A stretch of 63,971 nucleotides of DNA, counting the filler, from Reticulomyxa filosa (lineage: Eukaryota > Protista > Foraminifera): assembly GCA_000512085.1 (NCBI GenBank). It is 15 parts of 15 records of this genome, joined end to end, with 100 filler letters (N's around TTAATTAATTAA, not from the genome) between each part and the next. Parts side by side here need not be neighbours in the genome. Positions count along the whole stretch, not along the records: positions 45,166 to 53,685 come from ASPP01013510.1; positions 53,786 to 63,971 come from ASPP01029147.1; 13 more parts are not named here. One strand, written 5' to 3'. Each line of letters opens with the position of its first letter. Positions within the stretch are counted from its first letter, which is position 1. Shown piece by piece: positions 51,000 to 63,971 of this stretch. The position numbers and the translations under genes were made by a program. Below the pieces are notes generated by a model. It was not told the DNA's origin and ran no database searches. It worked only from the letters and a program-made list of their open reading frames with translations.

Positions 51000-51900
51000 A
51001 TCGATATAATTGACATTTAGATTTTTCATGTACCGATATATTTAGTCGGAAAATTTTGAAGAAATTTCTATGAACAGCAATAAAGCAGTTAGAAGTTGAA
51101 GAATAATATTAACAATGCAACAAAAGATCATTTAGCATTGAAAAGAACAAAGACATATAGTGACAATGTTGAAGATGAAAGATTGCAATCAAATTAGAAC
51201 AAAAACTTCAAAGTTCAGACAGAAAGTAATATGTTATTTTAGTGCAATCTGAAAATAAACAAAAACTTGTACATGAAGTAAAGTTGAAAGATTTAGTAAC
51301 TTGACAATTGTGAAAGTAGTATTTGTAAAGACAGTTAATGTTTAAATAGCACTCAATGAAAAGATTATCACTATTTGTTTTAATAAAGCAAAATTAGAAA
51401 TTTTTGACTAGTGTCTATGTCATCCAAGATCACATTTTATAAAATGCAGAAAGTGTTTCAATTTGGATCATTTTGCAAAAGATTACAATAATTAAAAAGT
51501 ATACAAGTGTTGTGGAAAAAGAAATACATACATGAAAATTGTTATAATAGAAAAAATCCAAGATTCCAGAAATATGTGTTATGAAAATTCGTCATGCAAG
51601 TAATTCAATATTATATCACGTGATTCAAAAAACAAGAAGTGCAATTGGAGGAAGGTATCTATAAGAGAAAAGAAAATAATTGATAAGAAAGAAAATGTGA
51701 AAATTAGCATAAATTCAAAAAAAATACAAAGTTCAGAATCACGAAAATAAAAGCAGAACAAACGAACAATCGAATAAGAAGAATGAAAACAGAAATAGTA
51801 GTCAAAATAAAGATCAATATGATGAAATAAGAGAATTACAAGCAACATTGTAGCAATTATTTCAACTTTTCATTCTAGTTTAATAATGGTGATAATGTTT
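51000..51900 (+). mobile_element. Non-LTR retrotransposon (LINE) ORF1/gag-like relic with three decayed CCHC zinc knuckles
   Basis: 51423-51650 translates (with two frameshifts) as PRSHFIKCRKCFNLDHFAKDY NN*KVYKCCGKRN-H..ENC YNRKNPRFQKYVL*K..HASNSILY, the triple Cx2Cx4Hx4C arrangement of LINE ORF1. Boundaries approximate. Confidence 0.65.
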
Positions 51901-53805
51901 GAATAATCGATAATAATTTCTTAACAAATCTTTTGAAAATTGAATACTTTAAAATTTTTGGTAAAATTTGTCGTTTTGTTATATATTCGTAGTGCAATGT
52001 CCAATTTGGACCAGATGCTTTTCAACTTGCTTTTGTTTGCACTTTGGGGTATATAGTTAATTGCTAAAATCAGTGATAAGTTGATGATGAAGCAAGTATT
52101 TGTCTGACACATTCATTAAAAATTTTATCCTTTTTTTTAAAAAAAATTTGATTAATTTTTTCATAGATGCGTATTATCTGTGATTTATGTTATTTTTTGA
52201 TTTAACTATTACACTTTGCATAAGTCTTTAGCAGTCACTATTAATGAGTAAAAATATCTGAACTAATATTTTTGAATATTGATTGTTTTTAACAGCAGTA
52301 AACATTTTTATTTAATTTTAAAGAAATTAAAAATAAATTACTGAGCATATTCGACAATTTTGTTGAAATTGTCGTCCATCCAATTTCACTGTTCAAAATC
52401 AGAAGCCATTTTCGAAATATCCTTTACACTTCTTTCTCTGACTGTTTGTTACACGACTAATTGCACTTTATGAGTTGTCTTAAATGGCATATGATTTGCG
52501 GTGCTGCGTTTGCTTTTTTCTTGATTGCAGTATTCATTATTTCACTTTTTCGTTTCATCAGGACAATGATCAATCTCGAACTATCTTTAAAAGTATGTGA
52601 ATGATAGAAAAAGTTCTCGAATGCAATGCTGTCGTGAAAAAGTAACAATGTTTGATTTGGCTAACTAGTTTTTTACTTTTTCAATATTATTTCATCCAAA
52701 ATCTAAAGAGCTATCATTTTAGATAAGTCATTTGGAATTGTACCAAATATTAAATAAACCAAAGGTTCACCACAATAACGAAGTGTAGCAACGTCCTGAA
52801 GAAAAAATAAATGACATCACTAGAATTTTTTACCAGTATTTTCCTGTTAGTTGACAAAACTGGTGGCTTCTTCTCTTTGAATTTTGGGGAACAAAAATTT
52901 CAAAGTTGTAATTTTTAGGGTTGGGGGAATTGTTATTCCTCCTTGCCGTTTCTTACGGCTTTGGAGGTTTAGCAAGGGTTGTGGGTACCTGGTATAATAT
53001 GGAAAAAACTTGTCGGGTCTGGTGTGTTAAAGCAGTTTTTTTATACGTTTTTTTGTTTTGTGTGTTTGACACTCTTTGATTGCACGAAGCAATTGATAAA
53101 AAATTGTTATTGTGCATTGAGAAAATTTAAAATCACATGGGGGATAAGACACTGAAAACACTCAAATTTAGGTAAAGTTGGGAACAGTTTGAACAACTGT
53201 GTTTTCTGGAATGAAATAGATTCAAGACAGACAAGAAAGAGCAGGCAAAATTGAAATGTTGCACAAAAAAGAATAAAGAATCTACGAAGATTTTTTTTTA
53301 GAGCCAAAAAACCTAGCGAGGATTTTTTTTAAAGCCAAAAAAAAACTTGGTTTCAGATTTTGCGATGAGTTTATCTGCGCTTGGAATCCATTGCTTTTTG
53401 GCCTGTTTTAGCACTAATTTTAGTTAGTATTAAATTTTTATACAACTAGTTATACCACCTATTTGATGAATTGTGGTTTATCTGGAGGGAAAAAAAGCGG
53501 GTGAAAAATATTGCGAATAGCCATGAAAATGGATAATTTGATTTGCCTAGGTACACAGCGTAGTCTATGAATACGTTCATTTATTTGATAATGTAAACCA
53601 ACAATTGTGTGTTTGTTGTTATTTGTTGTCTCTTCCTTCTCCTTCAAGGAAATACTTGTACAGGATCGTTTCTCCATGAAATTCTNNNNNNNNNNNNNNN
53701 NNNNNNNNNNNNNNNNNNNNNNNNNNNNNTTAATTAATTAANNNNNNNNNNNNNNNNNNNNNNNNNNNNNNNNNNNNNNNNNNNNGAAAATTGTCATAGC
53801 AACAT

Positions 53806-54958
53806 TCAAAGTTGCTGACAGTCACTTTGTGGCGAAGGACTCAACGGGTCGAAAATACCACTAAAAAAATCATATTTGCTAAAATCATAAATAAGTGCTA
53901 ACTTCCAAGGTATTTGTACGGTATACAATTGTATGCTTTTCCACGCATTTTCGCCCAAAACGCTGCGCAATGACTGCTTGCACAAATTGATGGTCATTTG
54001 ATTGATAATGCGTTGTTTGGCACATTCTCGCAAAACTTTCCAACCACCATCAAGATCAACCAAGCGTATATCAAACTTGTCGATAAGTAATTTGGGCAAA
54101 ACGCTTAAATCCATAGTCATATCCTCGGGAATGAATTGGTCTGTGTCATCTCCTTTCCAATTATTATTTTTATTGTTATGTTCACTTGTTGATTGAATTT
54201 GTTGTTTATCAATCAACTTTTCCTTTTGAGTTGTCAAAGGTGGCAACGTGATTATTTGAAAAGGTTTAACATTTTGAGGTTGGGCTTGTGACAAGTTGTG
54301 TGCCCCTCGGACGGAAGTAACTACGAAGACTTCTTGGCCCATTTCATTGTTTACAAAATAATTGCATGAAAATAACTGAGGGTTCCCTGTTTGACTTAAG
54401 ATGATTATGGCTGGAAATTTACGAGGCCGCAAAACGTAAATACTTTTGCGTATACTCACGCTGTTGTGACAACACATTAATGATGCCATTGTCAAATGGC
54501 AACACATGTTTCCAATGTTCGCATAAATATTGAAAGTAATGATAATGACCTTTCCAACCATGCTTTGGAGTACTTTCTATCATTAGCGAATTACTTCCTA
54601 ACATCACCGCGTCACATAAGGCATAATGGGTCGCCAAATGAATCGAATCCACTGGATTTTTATTCGCTATGCTGCAGCTACTTGGAGCACCCTCAAAATA
54701 ATAACACCATTCACTGCTTTTAATCAGCTGGTCCATAGTCTGAAAATTCGCTTTTTTGTCCAACACTTGATCGCATGCAAACTCCATCTCCTTAGGACGA
54801 ACAACTGATGGGTTGAAAATATTCGCGACCTTATCGCTGTAATTAAGAAGTGGAAAATACCCCAGTGGAAAGTACTTGTGCATCGCAGAAACTAATGGAA
54901 TTTGAAACAATGGCTTTGGAGTGCATTTCAACGTTTTTTGGCATAATACGGAAGTCAT
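53806..54958 (-). CDS. RibD C-terminal-like (DHFR-fold pyrimidine reductase) protein, intronless, one frameshift at ~54432
   Basis: SIANKNPVDSIHLATHYALCDAVMLGSNSL, RKFPAIIILSQTG and MDLSVLPKLLIDKFDIRLVDLDGGWKVLRECAKQRIINQMTINL match the RibD_C motifs D......RA.ADA..VG..T, VT.SG and DL...L..L....I..L.VEGG..L...F....LIDE. Removing one T from a TTTT run joins the two ORFs. Confidence 0.75.
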
Positions 54959-55220
54959 TATGGTAATACAGTAGGAGACAGCCCAGGAACAAGTAAGGTA
55001 CCAAAAACTTGAAGGAGGCGAAGAACGTTCCCGGTTTGTTTTTCAGTAATATCTATTTATGTTTTGCCCTAGTGTTGTATAGTTTAACACGTTGTAAGCG
55101 CTTTCAGCATATTTGTGATATTTTTTGAAAGGCAGCAAATCAGCAGTTCTTAGGGGTCAATCTACCGAATTTTTAAATATTGTTATAATTTTGACTTCTC
55201 CCAATATTTAAGTGAAGCCA

Positions 55221-57113
55221 ATGTCACGAAAACCAACTATTTTAAGTGTAGAGCATATTCGAACCCGTGTGATTGAAATTTTCACAGCTCATGAGCCAGC
55301 ACAAGTGGAAAGTGTTGACGAGCTGATGCTAAAATGGAGAGGAAAAGAGAACGATTTTCTAAAGACTTTATGTGAAAAATATAAAGAGCCCTGTAAGCTT
55401 TTTGAAGAACTAATAATTTTTTTCTCTTGCTTCTATTTATTTTTAATCCAAATAGTACTCAAAACAACTTTTGCGTATGAAAGATCAAAATAAAAATGAA
55501 GCATACACGCACCCCCGCACAATTTAAGCACACTGAACAAATATGCACTAAGAAACAACAGCTGTTATGCCTTGTTTTCAACAGTCACTGCAATGAAACC
55601 AATTGGAATAAAAGAACAATATACCATTGGCACGAAGCTTGGCACGTTAAGAATACAAAAAAAAGAGATAGAACAAAGTTCAAAAGAGGAGCAAAAAAAA
55701 AAAAATGCACATACATAACATTAGTGGCGGGTTTGCAGTAGTGCGCAAATGCAAAGACAAAAACACAAAAATGGTTTTTGCATTGAAAATAATCAATAAA
55801 AAGAACTTGGACAAAGACGATTTGGCTATTTTAGACAGAGAAGTGAAAATTATGAGAATAGTTTAGGAGAAAAAAAATTTGCTGATTACAATATTACCTT
55901 TATATATTATATAACATTGTTTTGCTTCTTTCTAAAATTGTATATTTACGAATGAATATTTAAACAAGAGAAGAGGAATGAAATGGGATGGATGTGTGTG
56001 CAAATTGTTGTGAAATAGGTACATCACGATAATATTGTGAAGCTTCACAATGTATTTGACAGCAAGTCCAAAATGTGTTTGGTTTTAGATTTGTTGGATG
56101 GTGGGGAACTATTTGATCGTATTATTGAACAAGGACATTTCACCGAAAAAAATGCTGCTCATTGTTTTGGTCAATTGGTTATGGCTTTGGACTATTTGCA
56201 TCAAAGACAGATCGCTCACCGAGATCTCAAGGTACCGTTGTATTTTTTTTTTTAGTAATAAGAGGAGGAGGGGGGAAAAGAACAAAAAATTAGAGAAAAT
56301 GAGAAAAAAACTATGAAAGGTTTACAAACAAACAAAACATTTCCAGCCAGAGAACCTGTTGTTTACAAAAAAATGTGCCGATAAAAATGTATACGTAGCA
56401 GAGGAATGGAATATGAAACTAATCGATTTTGGTTTGGCAGGGTCATGTAAAAATCAGCTATTAAAAACGCCATGTGGCACTCCGAACTATGTTGCGCCTG
56501 AGATTTTGAGAAAAGAAAAGTATGGTGTCTCGGTCGACATGTGGTCCGCAGGAGTCATTTTATACATCATGTTAGACTGTCTGTGTCATCCAATCCAAAA
56601 CTTCTTTTTTTTTGAAACACACGCGGAACGTGTGAGTACATAACAATTTTCAACTTCCAATTTAAACAAACAAAACTAGATTGTGTGGGTTTCCACCATT
56701 TTACGATGAAAACGAAGACATGACACGACTCTATCGCAAAATTAAAACAGCAGATTTCGATATGCCCAGTCCTTATTGGGACAATGTCAGCACTGATGCT
56801 AAAGATTTGGTTAAAAAACTGTTGGTACCTGATCCTACTAAACGTCTTACGTCGGCTGCTACTGTAAAGCATCCGTGGCTGCAAGGAAAGGCATCAGATC
56901 AAATAATGGGTGCAGAACAAAGATTCCAATTGAAACGATTTCAATATGTTCGCAAACTTCGAGTTAATCTTTTTATACTTTTTGTTAGCTTTTTCTTCTT
57001 CTTCCGTTTGACATCTTGTTTTTTGTGGATGTTTCCTGTTTATTCGATAACAGAGAGGTGTACGCTGTGTGCTGGCTGTGTTGAGATTGATCGAAGCACT
57101 GAAACAAAGTTGA
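55221..57113 (+). CDS. CaMK1-like Ser/Thr kinase, multi-exon, with small N-terminal helical domain
   Basis: Exons give YTIGTKLGT|GGFAVVRKC..FALKIINKK..EVKIMR, GGELFDRI, HRDLK|PENLL, DFGLA, TPCGTPNYVAPE, DMWSAGVILYIML|CGFPPFY, PYWDNVSTDAKDLVKKLL and a CaM-binding-like tail RKLRRGVRCVLAV-stop at 57113. Confidence 0.92.
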
Positions 57114-58253
57114 AACTGCAAAACAAAAAAAGAAAAGGAGAAGAAGAGGGTCGGGGTGTGACAAATAAACGAATATGTAAATGAATTGGTTTTTCGTTTT
57201 CTTGTAAATGCCAAAACCAGTATCTGTCAGTGCATCCACTAATTGATCTTTTTCTTCGCTATCTTGTTGAAGAGAAACATTGTTGTTTTTTCATTATTTC
57301 AAGGAAAAGTTTGGTGAAAGTTTTGTTGCAATTGAGTTTCATTATTAACGGTTGTGTTGTTTTTCTCACAAATCTTGCAATACGTCGTACTTTTCTCTGA
57401 AATAATTTTTTTGAAAAAAAATCGCCATCTTTCTTCTAAAAAATGTTTTATTTTCCAAAACATGGCGCAATTGTTCACGCACTTGGAGCACAGTCAAAGC
57501 ATTATGTTACTAGCCAATTGTTTTTAAAGTAGCACCCGAGCACACATATAATCAATAGAGAGTTTAACAGTCGGACCGTACCTTTTGTACGGTATTTCGA
57601 ACATTTTTTGTTTAATCTGTTTTTGCTCAGAGTACTAAGGAAGGACAAAAAACAAAAATCAATACTATACATGCAAAAGGATAGATCTCTACACAAGGAC
57701 ACTTTACGTTTGCCTGTTGCTACTTCACTACGATATCTTTTCTACTAGAAGCACACATTTTAAAAAAAAAAGGAAAAAAAAAAAGAATTTTATGGGGGTG
57801 CCACTTTGTAGTAATAAATTCAATAACATAAATAACAATCGACATATCTTTATCAATTTACAAGTCATCTAATTTTTTCATTAAAAAACGTTTTCGATTA
57901 CTTTTTTACAGTTTCAGAACAAAATATCTTTTTTGCAAAACTTGATGATAAAGAGGGAAAATGGTCTCAATAACAAAGATATAAATTTTTAAAAACAAGA
58001 CAGCACAAGAATGAGTAAGAGATGTTTTGTTTCGATAGATTTGACACAGTAAAATCAAGTTTGTTCAAACGAGACGTGAGCCGTTATAATTCTAACAACA
58101 CAAACTCCTAAATATAGCAGCTAGGGAATGGTAGCAACAGCAAGGAAATAATTGCATTCTTTTTTTAATCTCTATAGTAGAACTTGGAAGACTAGCTCTA
58201 ACCTTTTTTTAGTAGCGAAAGGAAAAATATAACTGAAAATACTAGTTTAAGCA

Positions 58254-61200
58254 ATGAATACCGAAAGAGTATTGGATTTGCAGTTTTGGCCTGTGTCCAA
58301 TCAAAATTTTTTTGCTTCTTTTCCTCATCCTCCGCACCATGACGCCAGACTGGATCGCAGCCATGTCGGATCGAGAGGTCATTCTAGGGCGACATCGTCC
58401 TCGATTCGGGGGTACCCTATGGTGAGTCAAAGTTGCAATGAAATTCCGGCCTTAACAAATTTTGTGTTGGATTCTCAAAAGACAAATATAAAAGGAGAAG
58501 CATGCATCATGCCGATTTCAAGCAAAAACGAGTATTTAAAGCCTTTATCAAACGTTGACCGAAAAGAGCCAATTACATGCCATCGTGGTACGTCTTCAGT
58601 GTCGACGTTGTCATCTTCGTCGCTATCGTCCCTCGTGTCATTGTCCTCGTCGTCATCTTCTTCCCCTTGCGTTATGAGCACAACGAGATCCCCAGGATCT
58701 TCGATATTTATCTGCCAACCAGACCAAGGTACGAGCACGAGATGCGCACATGCAATAAGCAACGAAAGATCGCCGAAGATGCATGCAACAGGATATGACA
58801 ACATGATCAGTACACATAATAATAACAATAGCAGCAGCAGCAGCACGAATAAATTGATGGAGCACTCACGTTCAATATCATTTGCTACTACGACATCAAC
58901 AAATGGAAGAGAAGAAAGCAAATTGAATTCGCATCATCAGCACAAATCTATGGGGTCGTTGTGTTCGTCCGAAAAAGTATTACACACCTTTGGCAGGAAA
59001 ACGCTTATACGTGAGGAGGGGGACATATGCCAAAACCCTGCAAAAACAAGTCCAGTGTTAGGAACAAGTGGCATCAACGGACATCGAAATGGCCATCACA
59101 CGAGCAATGACATGAATGGCTTTTCACGACCTCCTTCATTCGCAGGTCCAGGTTTGCAGCATCATGGAATGACTGGCAATGACGTTGCCAAACAGACGGA
59201 CGAAACATATCGCTATTGGTATCACCAATTGGAGCATGTCCAAAGCCTGCCAGCCAATACGATCCTAACCACCACGTCTCCGGTGAGATCCATCCACCAT
59301 TCTAATGACACGCATGGCATCGTTACTCCCAGTTACGCACATTCGTTCAGTCCCCCTATCAACCACGCCTGCTCTCGGTTTCATCCGTCATCCAATCACA
59401 ACAGTCGTGGAGACGTTGCCCCCAGATTCGCCCCTGTCCCTCCCTCTTCCTCGCCTGTCCCCATTCCAACCAAGTTTGCAACTGGTTCAATTCACGCCAT
59501 CACCACTACCACTAACACTAACACTAACACTACCACTTCTATTAACGCTAACACCACTACCGCGAGAGCGACCTTCCACCATTATGGCGCAAAATGTGAT
59601 TTTTTCTCGTCCCATTTGCCCATAGTTTTGTGTACGTGTGTTTTATATATATGTATGTATACATATATATGTATATATGTATATATGTATATGCTTTCAT
59701 AAAACTATAACGTTGCTGGTCAAGTGTGCTCGTGCATCACCGGAACGAGATCTCAACACAAACAAATATCATACAATTCAATACAATATATTTGTTATTG
59801 TTGTTGTTTTTGCATTGTTTGCTTTGTCTTCTTTCGTTGTCTGTTGCTAGCAACAATCCGCGTCCAAAAAAGTGACGTGTGTCACAAAGCCACAAAATTG
59901 CTCGATTGTTTGCAGTCGTCCCATAACAACTGCGGCAATGGCAACACTTCCAAAAGTTAAGAAAAAGAGAAACCTAGAGACAGAAAGAGAGTGCTTCTAT
60001 AATCTTTCAGATGACACAATAAGGCGTATAAACAATAATAAAATGACGACTTGGAAAGTAGACTTGCACTTGCAAAACACGAGCGAAAAGTGGACGACAA
60101 CGACGACGACGACGATGACGACGATGACGACGATGGTGAGGGAAGCGGACAAAGAGAGCAAAGAAGAGCAAGAACACGACTGCGAAGCGGAGGAGACGGA
60201 AGTGGAAGTAGAGCTGACCGACGAAAACAATACAACAAGCAAAGAGGAGTTGTCGTCTGCCCCAAATTCGGACGTGGACAATGATGACAATGATGGTGAT
60301 AATGACGACGATGATGAAAATGGTAATGCCAATAGCAATAGCAATAGCAATAGCAATAACAATAGCAATAGCAATAGCAATAACAATAGCAATAGCAATA
60401 ACAATAGCAATAACAATAACAATGACAATGACGAGGTGAGACATGGGTGTCCATTGAACAAATATAACTCAAAAAAACTCAACAAAAAACAATCGATATG
60501 TCCAGAACAAAACAAGTCAATGAAATATGCGACCTTTGCAATGGAGACCAAAGACACAGCTCACAGCCATCTCCACAGTCCGAGCTATAATAGCAGTCAA
60601 CACAAGCATATTGGAAGCGAGGATTGTAACGTAGTCGTTAGTCACAAGCAACTAGTCGCAGCAGTCGCCAGTTTGCAATTAACGCCCTTACCGGAATCGA
60701 CTTGCACAAAGTCTGGTCATGAGCCCAAACCAGCGGAGAAAGGAGAAGAAAAGGGACTCGAGCTATTGAAAGTAAAGTGTAACAACACATCTTCTGACAA
60801 GTTCATTACCAATGACAAGCAATTCCATATTAACCATGTCAACAAAGATATCGTCGATCATGGCAATTCCACCAAACGGCCCAATTGTCCTTTCCAATCG
60901 CGAAAGCTTTTATTCTTGGATGTCGATGGAGTATTATTGACACTGCATCAACAGCGGCAATTTAAGAAGCATCTTCATCACATGAGCGAGCGAGGCGAAC
61001 AAGAAAAACGCCAGTCCAGCTCGACCAAACCCAAAGACAATGTCTGCTTTGATTCCGAGCGCTATGAAAGAATGAAGCATATTTTTCATCACACGCAGTG
61101 CGACATTGTTGTCAGTAGTAGCTGGCAATTTTATGAGCAACACTTGCAATCATTGACGGAGTTTTTAGAAATGTGCGGATGGCGAAAAGATCAAATTCAT

Positions 61201-62134
61201 CGTCTGGTTACTTTATTGCCCGATCAGTTGACCAAAGCCAAATACGAAAGACCGCCTTATTGCAAATCAAGGTTTACAAGCTTTTTCAAAAAAACAAAAA
61301 GAAGAAAGAAGGGGAGGAGTATTAAAAAAAAAAACTTTTAACTTTTGGAAAGTTCTTTTTTTTTTTTTTATATGCAATGCTCCCAAAAAAAAAAATCGAT
61401 TGCAACAAAAAAAAAAAAAAAAAAGGGACTTGGGGATGACTTGTGTATTTGTATGGGAAAAGAGCTGAAGCAATAATGCGCGTAGTGACATACTGGAAAG
61501 ATCACATTACACACTGGGCAGTACTAGACGATTTACCTCTGTCCCATTCCACGGCGGTGTACGTGGCAGAAGAGAAAGCAGCACACGAAGTTGCACAACG
61601 ACTGACGGAGATCTACTTGTCCAGCTTCCACTTTTCCCCCGGCCATGTGCATGCGCAACAAGTCACTCCGTGGGTCCAGGACCACTTTTTGAAACAGTTG
61701 CGGATGAATCTGTTTTCATGGCGATCCTGTTTGTTTGGATACGAAATGTTTGACGAACACACGATTCGTCACGAAGTCCGGGCGCTGTTGAACAACGCAC
61801 CTTTAAACAACTGGATTGAAAGCACAACCAATCAATATTACGATATTTTCCATACATTTGTAAACATTATTCTATCTTATGTCCGTTCCAATCAAGATAC
61901 TCAAGGCCTGCCTGCAATCGCCCCGTATTTTGTACATACTGACCAATTGGTGGGTTTGTCCCAAGAAAACACCAGTTTTGTTTCTTTTTTTGTATAACTT
62001 TGGCACATTGCTTTACAATCTGTCCTTTTTGCATAATCTTGCGGGTATGTACTCCTTCACATGATTATTCCATAGAACGTGTTGTAGAACTCTTGACCAT
62101 CAGTATTGTTCGTGAAAAAATGGGTGTCGTTTGA
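58254..62134 (+). CDS. Large low-complexity protein with C-terminal HAD phosphatase of the Swiss-Army-Knife RNA-repair type (HAD_SAK); multi-exon
   Basis: Motifs KLLFLDVDGVL (~60904-60936), DIVVSSSWQ, RAEAI, WAVLDDLPL and FVHTDQLVGLS follow the HAD_SAK pattern FLD.DGVL/IV.SSSWR/R..EI/..LDD/FV.T....GL. Linking ORF 58254-59702 into the same gene is inferred. Confidence 0.75.
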
Positions 62135-63971
62135 GATTCACTCAAGCTTTTATTTTATTATTTCATTTATGCCTTTTTTTTTTTTTTTCCTTCCTCTCTT
62201 TTCACTCTTCCTCTCTCATCTGTCTTCCCTTTTCTAATGTACTTTTTTTTTATCTTTTTTTTTTCTTTCTCCGTTTTCTGAACATCTCCTCTCCCTCTCC
62301 TTTTTTTTTTTGCTTTCATATCCTTCCTTTTGTCCCTCCATTGTCTTGGTTTGATCTCTCCAAATCATAAGGGAATATTGGGAGGAAGGAGAAACATCAG
62401 AGCACAAGTAGTCTTTATGTACCAAGCTATACAATGTGAGTGGTACTTTTCCCTCTTTCTTTCTATTTTCTTTTTTTTACCGAAGGAAACCATACATCAA
62501 AATTGACATTTTTTTCATGGATCAGCTTATTTTATGTTTTTTTTGTTTGTTTTCCTCTGGGTTGTGTATTTGGACTGTGATATCTCAAGTGCTTTTTTTT
62601 GTAATGTGACTTTCTCGCTATTCTTGTGGTTGCTTTTATTCACAAAATACACAACAAAATATGCAGACACTTAAAATACCAAAAAAAATCATAAACATAC
62701 CAGCAATCAAAATGGCTTGATGCCTTTGTTGGCTATTTTGTTGTTATCGACTTCATGTTTATGTGTTTAATTACGTTTTTGGGTTTTTTGTAAATGAAAA
62801 CTATAAAAAAGGAAGAGTAATAAGTGTCCCAACTGAAAAAAGCAGCCAAGTTCAGTGCAGGTCTTGCCCCCTTTTTTTTCTTTAGTCAATTCTAATTTGT
62901 TGTAATAAAGTTTGGCAGAGTATACATCCATCAGATGCTTGGAAGTGGACGCGATGTTCTTCGTCTTATGGAGCGTATTGCTCCACAATTACAAGTTGGT
63001 GGGATATGTCATTTCCTCTTTTCGTTCTTTCCACTCTTTCCTTTTTTTAAAAAAATCAACAAACAAATTAGAAGACAGTATCAAAATCGGAGGAAATTGA
63101 GAAGCTGAAAGTGGATTTAAGTTCGATCAACCAAGGAATAATGTTAAGAAAGAAGAAGAGAGGCGGAACAAGGGAAGAAGAAGGAAGGAAAAGGGGGGAA
63201 GGGGAGATAAGAGGAAGAGAAAGGAGAAAGAAGAGAGGGAGGAGATGGGAAAAGGAAGTAAAATAAACAAAAATAAAAACGAAAAACAAAGATAAATAAA
63301 AAAATGGTGGATGAAATGTATTGAAACAATTAGGTTGTATGCGGAGGAAGTACCCTCCTTTGCGTTTGACTCCTTTTTGACCAATTGTTATAAGTATCTC
63401 TCATCGGATAACGTGCATGAACGCATTGAAAGTTGACTCATTACACTTTTTTAATAAAAGACAAAAAAATGAACAAAAGAATAGAAAAAGTGAAATGAGA
63501 AAAAAAAAATGTTCCCTCCTCCGTCATTTGACTAAACAATTTTTTTTATTTTTATTTTTATGTATGTCACTACATTTTAAATACAAATCAATGGATTAGA
63601 TTGCATTATTCAAATTGTGAGGACTTGTCTTCATGACAAAAAAAGCATCCATTCGGGTTAATCTTTTTTTTTTTTAAAAAAAAGATGATACAATGATGAA
63701 ACGTGTGATTGACACTATTTTTATCACATGTGCTTAGATTGCTTGTTAAATTGGAAACAAACACTACAAAAAAAAAAAAAAAAAATTGTGGATTTTGTCA
63801 AGTAATATTTTGAGCTGCTTTTTAGATGGATTGTACCAATCGATAAATTTGGAAATTGGAATGACACCCTTCGAGACAATGTACGAACGGATTGATCTGT
63901 TGTCTTCTGTTGTCACCTACGCCATCAACTTCATCACCGACGAGTCGTACAGACACGACGCTGTGCAAACA

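Noticed and set aside
2323-53785. Regularly recurring TTAATTAATTAA palindrome as a biological repeat or CRISPR-like array
   Set aside because: It is always centred in exactly 88 N, which marks a synthetic six-frame-stop contig linker.
59957-60557. Poly-Leu, CY-repeat and IA-repeat ORFs on the minus strand (similar ones at 14639-15003 and 24367-24994)
   Set aside because: These are alternative-frame or antisense shadows of AAT/AGC/ACC microsatellite-like tracts.
62350-63971. Possible multi-exon gene on the minus strand
   Set aside because: Exon-like patches are present, but I could not assemble a consistent frame or recognise a domain.
1-63971. tRNA, rRNA or CRISPR features
   Set aside because: None recognised by eye; tRNAscan-SE and Infernal would be needed to exclude small RNAs.

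Overview
AT-rich, intron-containing eukaryotic DNA. It is an artificial concatenation of 15 short contigs joined by 14 identical 100-bp linkers (44 N + TTAATTAATTAA + 44 N), so adjacency across linkers has no biological meaning. Gene families and composition suggest a protist, most likely the foraminiferan Reticulomyxa filosa (inference). Recognisable genes: an intronless NLR-like NACHT-HEAT-ankyrin gene split by three -1 frameshifts, with a convergent, 5'-truncated inverted paralog; two paralogous PB1-like genes, one visibly continuing into a caspase-like domain; a NEK kinase fragment; a CAP-Gly fragment; a RAB3GAP2-like gene; a kelch protein; a GH38 alpha-mannosidase; a CDPK; a CaMK1-like kinase; a RibD-C-like reductase; a HAD (Swiss-Army-Knife RNA-repair type) protein; relics of a Tc1 transposase and a LINE ORF1; and several decayed tandem duplications. 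Best candidate for a new system: the NLR-like gene and its stand-alone partner both end in a domain with His...Asp...Gln-x5-Cys spacing typical of CE-clan (Ulp1-like) cysteine proteases. Other highlights are three tandem H-type-lectin-like domains inserted into the GH38 enzyme, PB1-like/caspase-like proteins, and introns with a T-rich 5' half and A-rich 3' half. All assignments come from motif reading by eye; no database searches were run.
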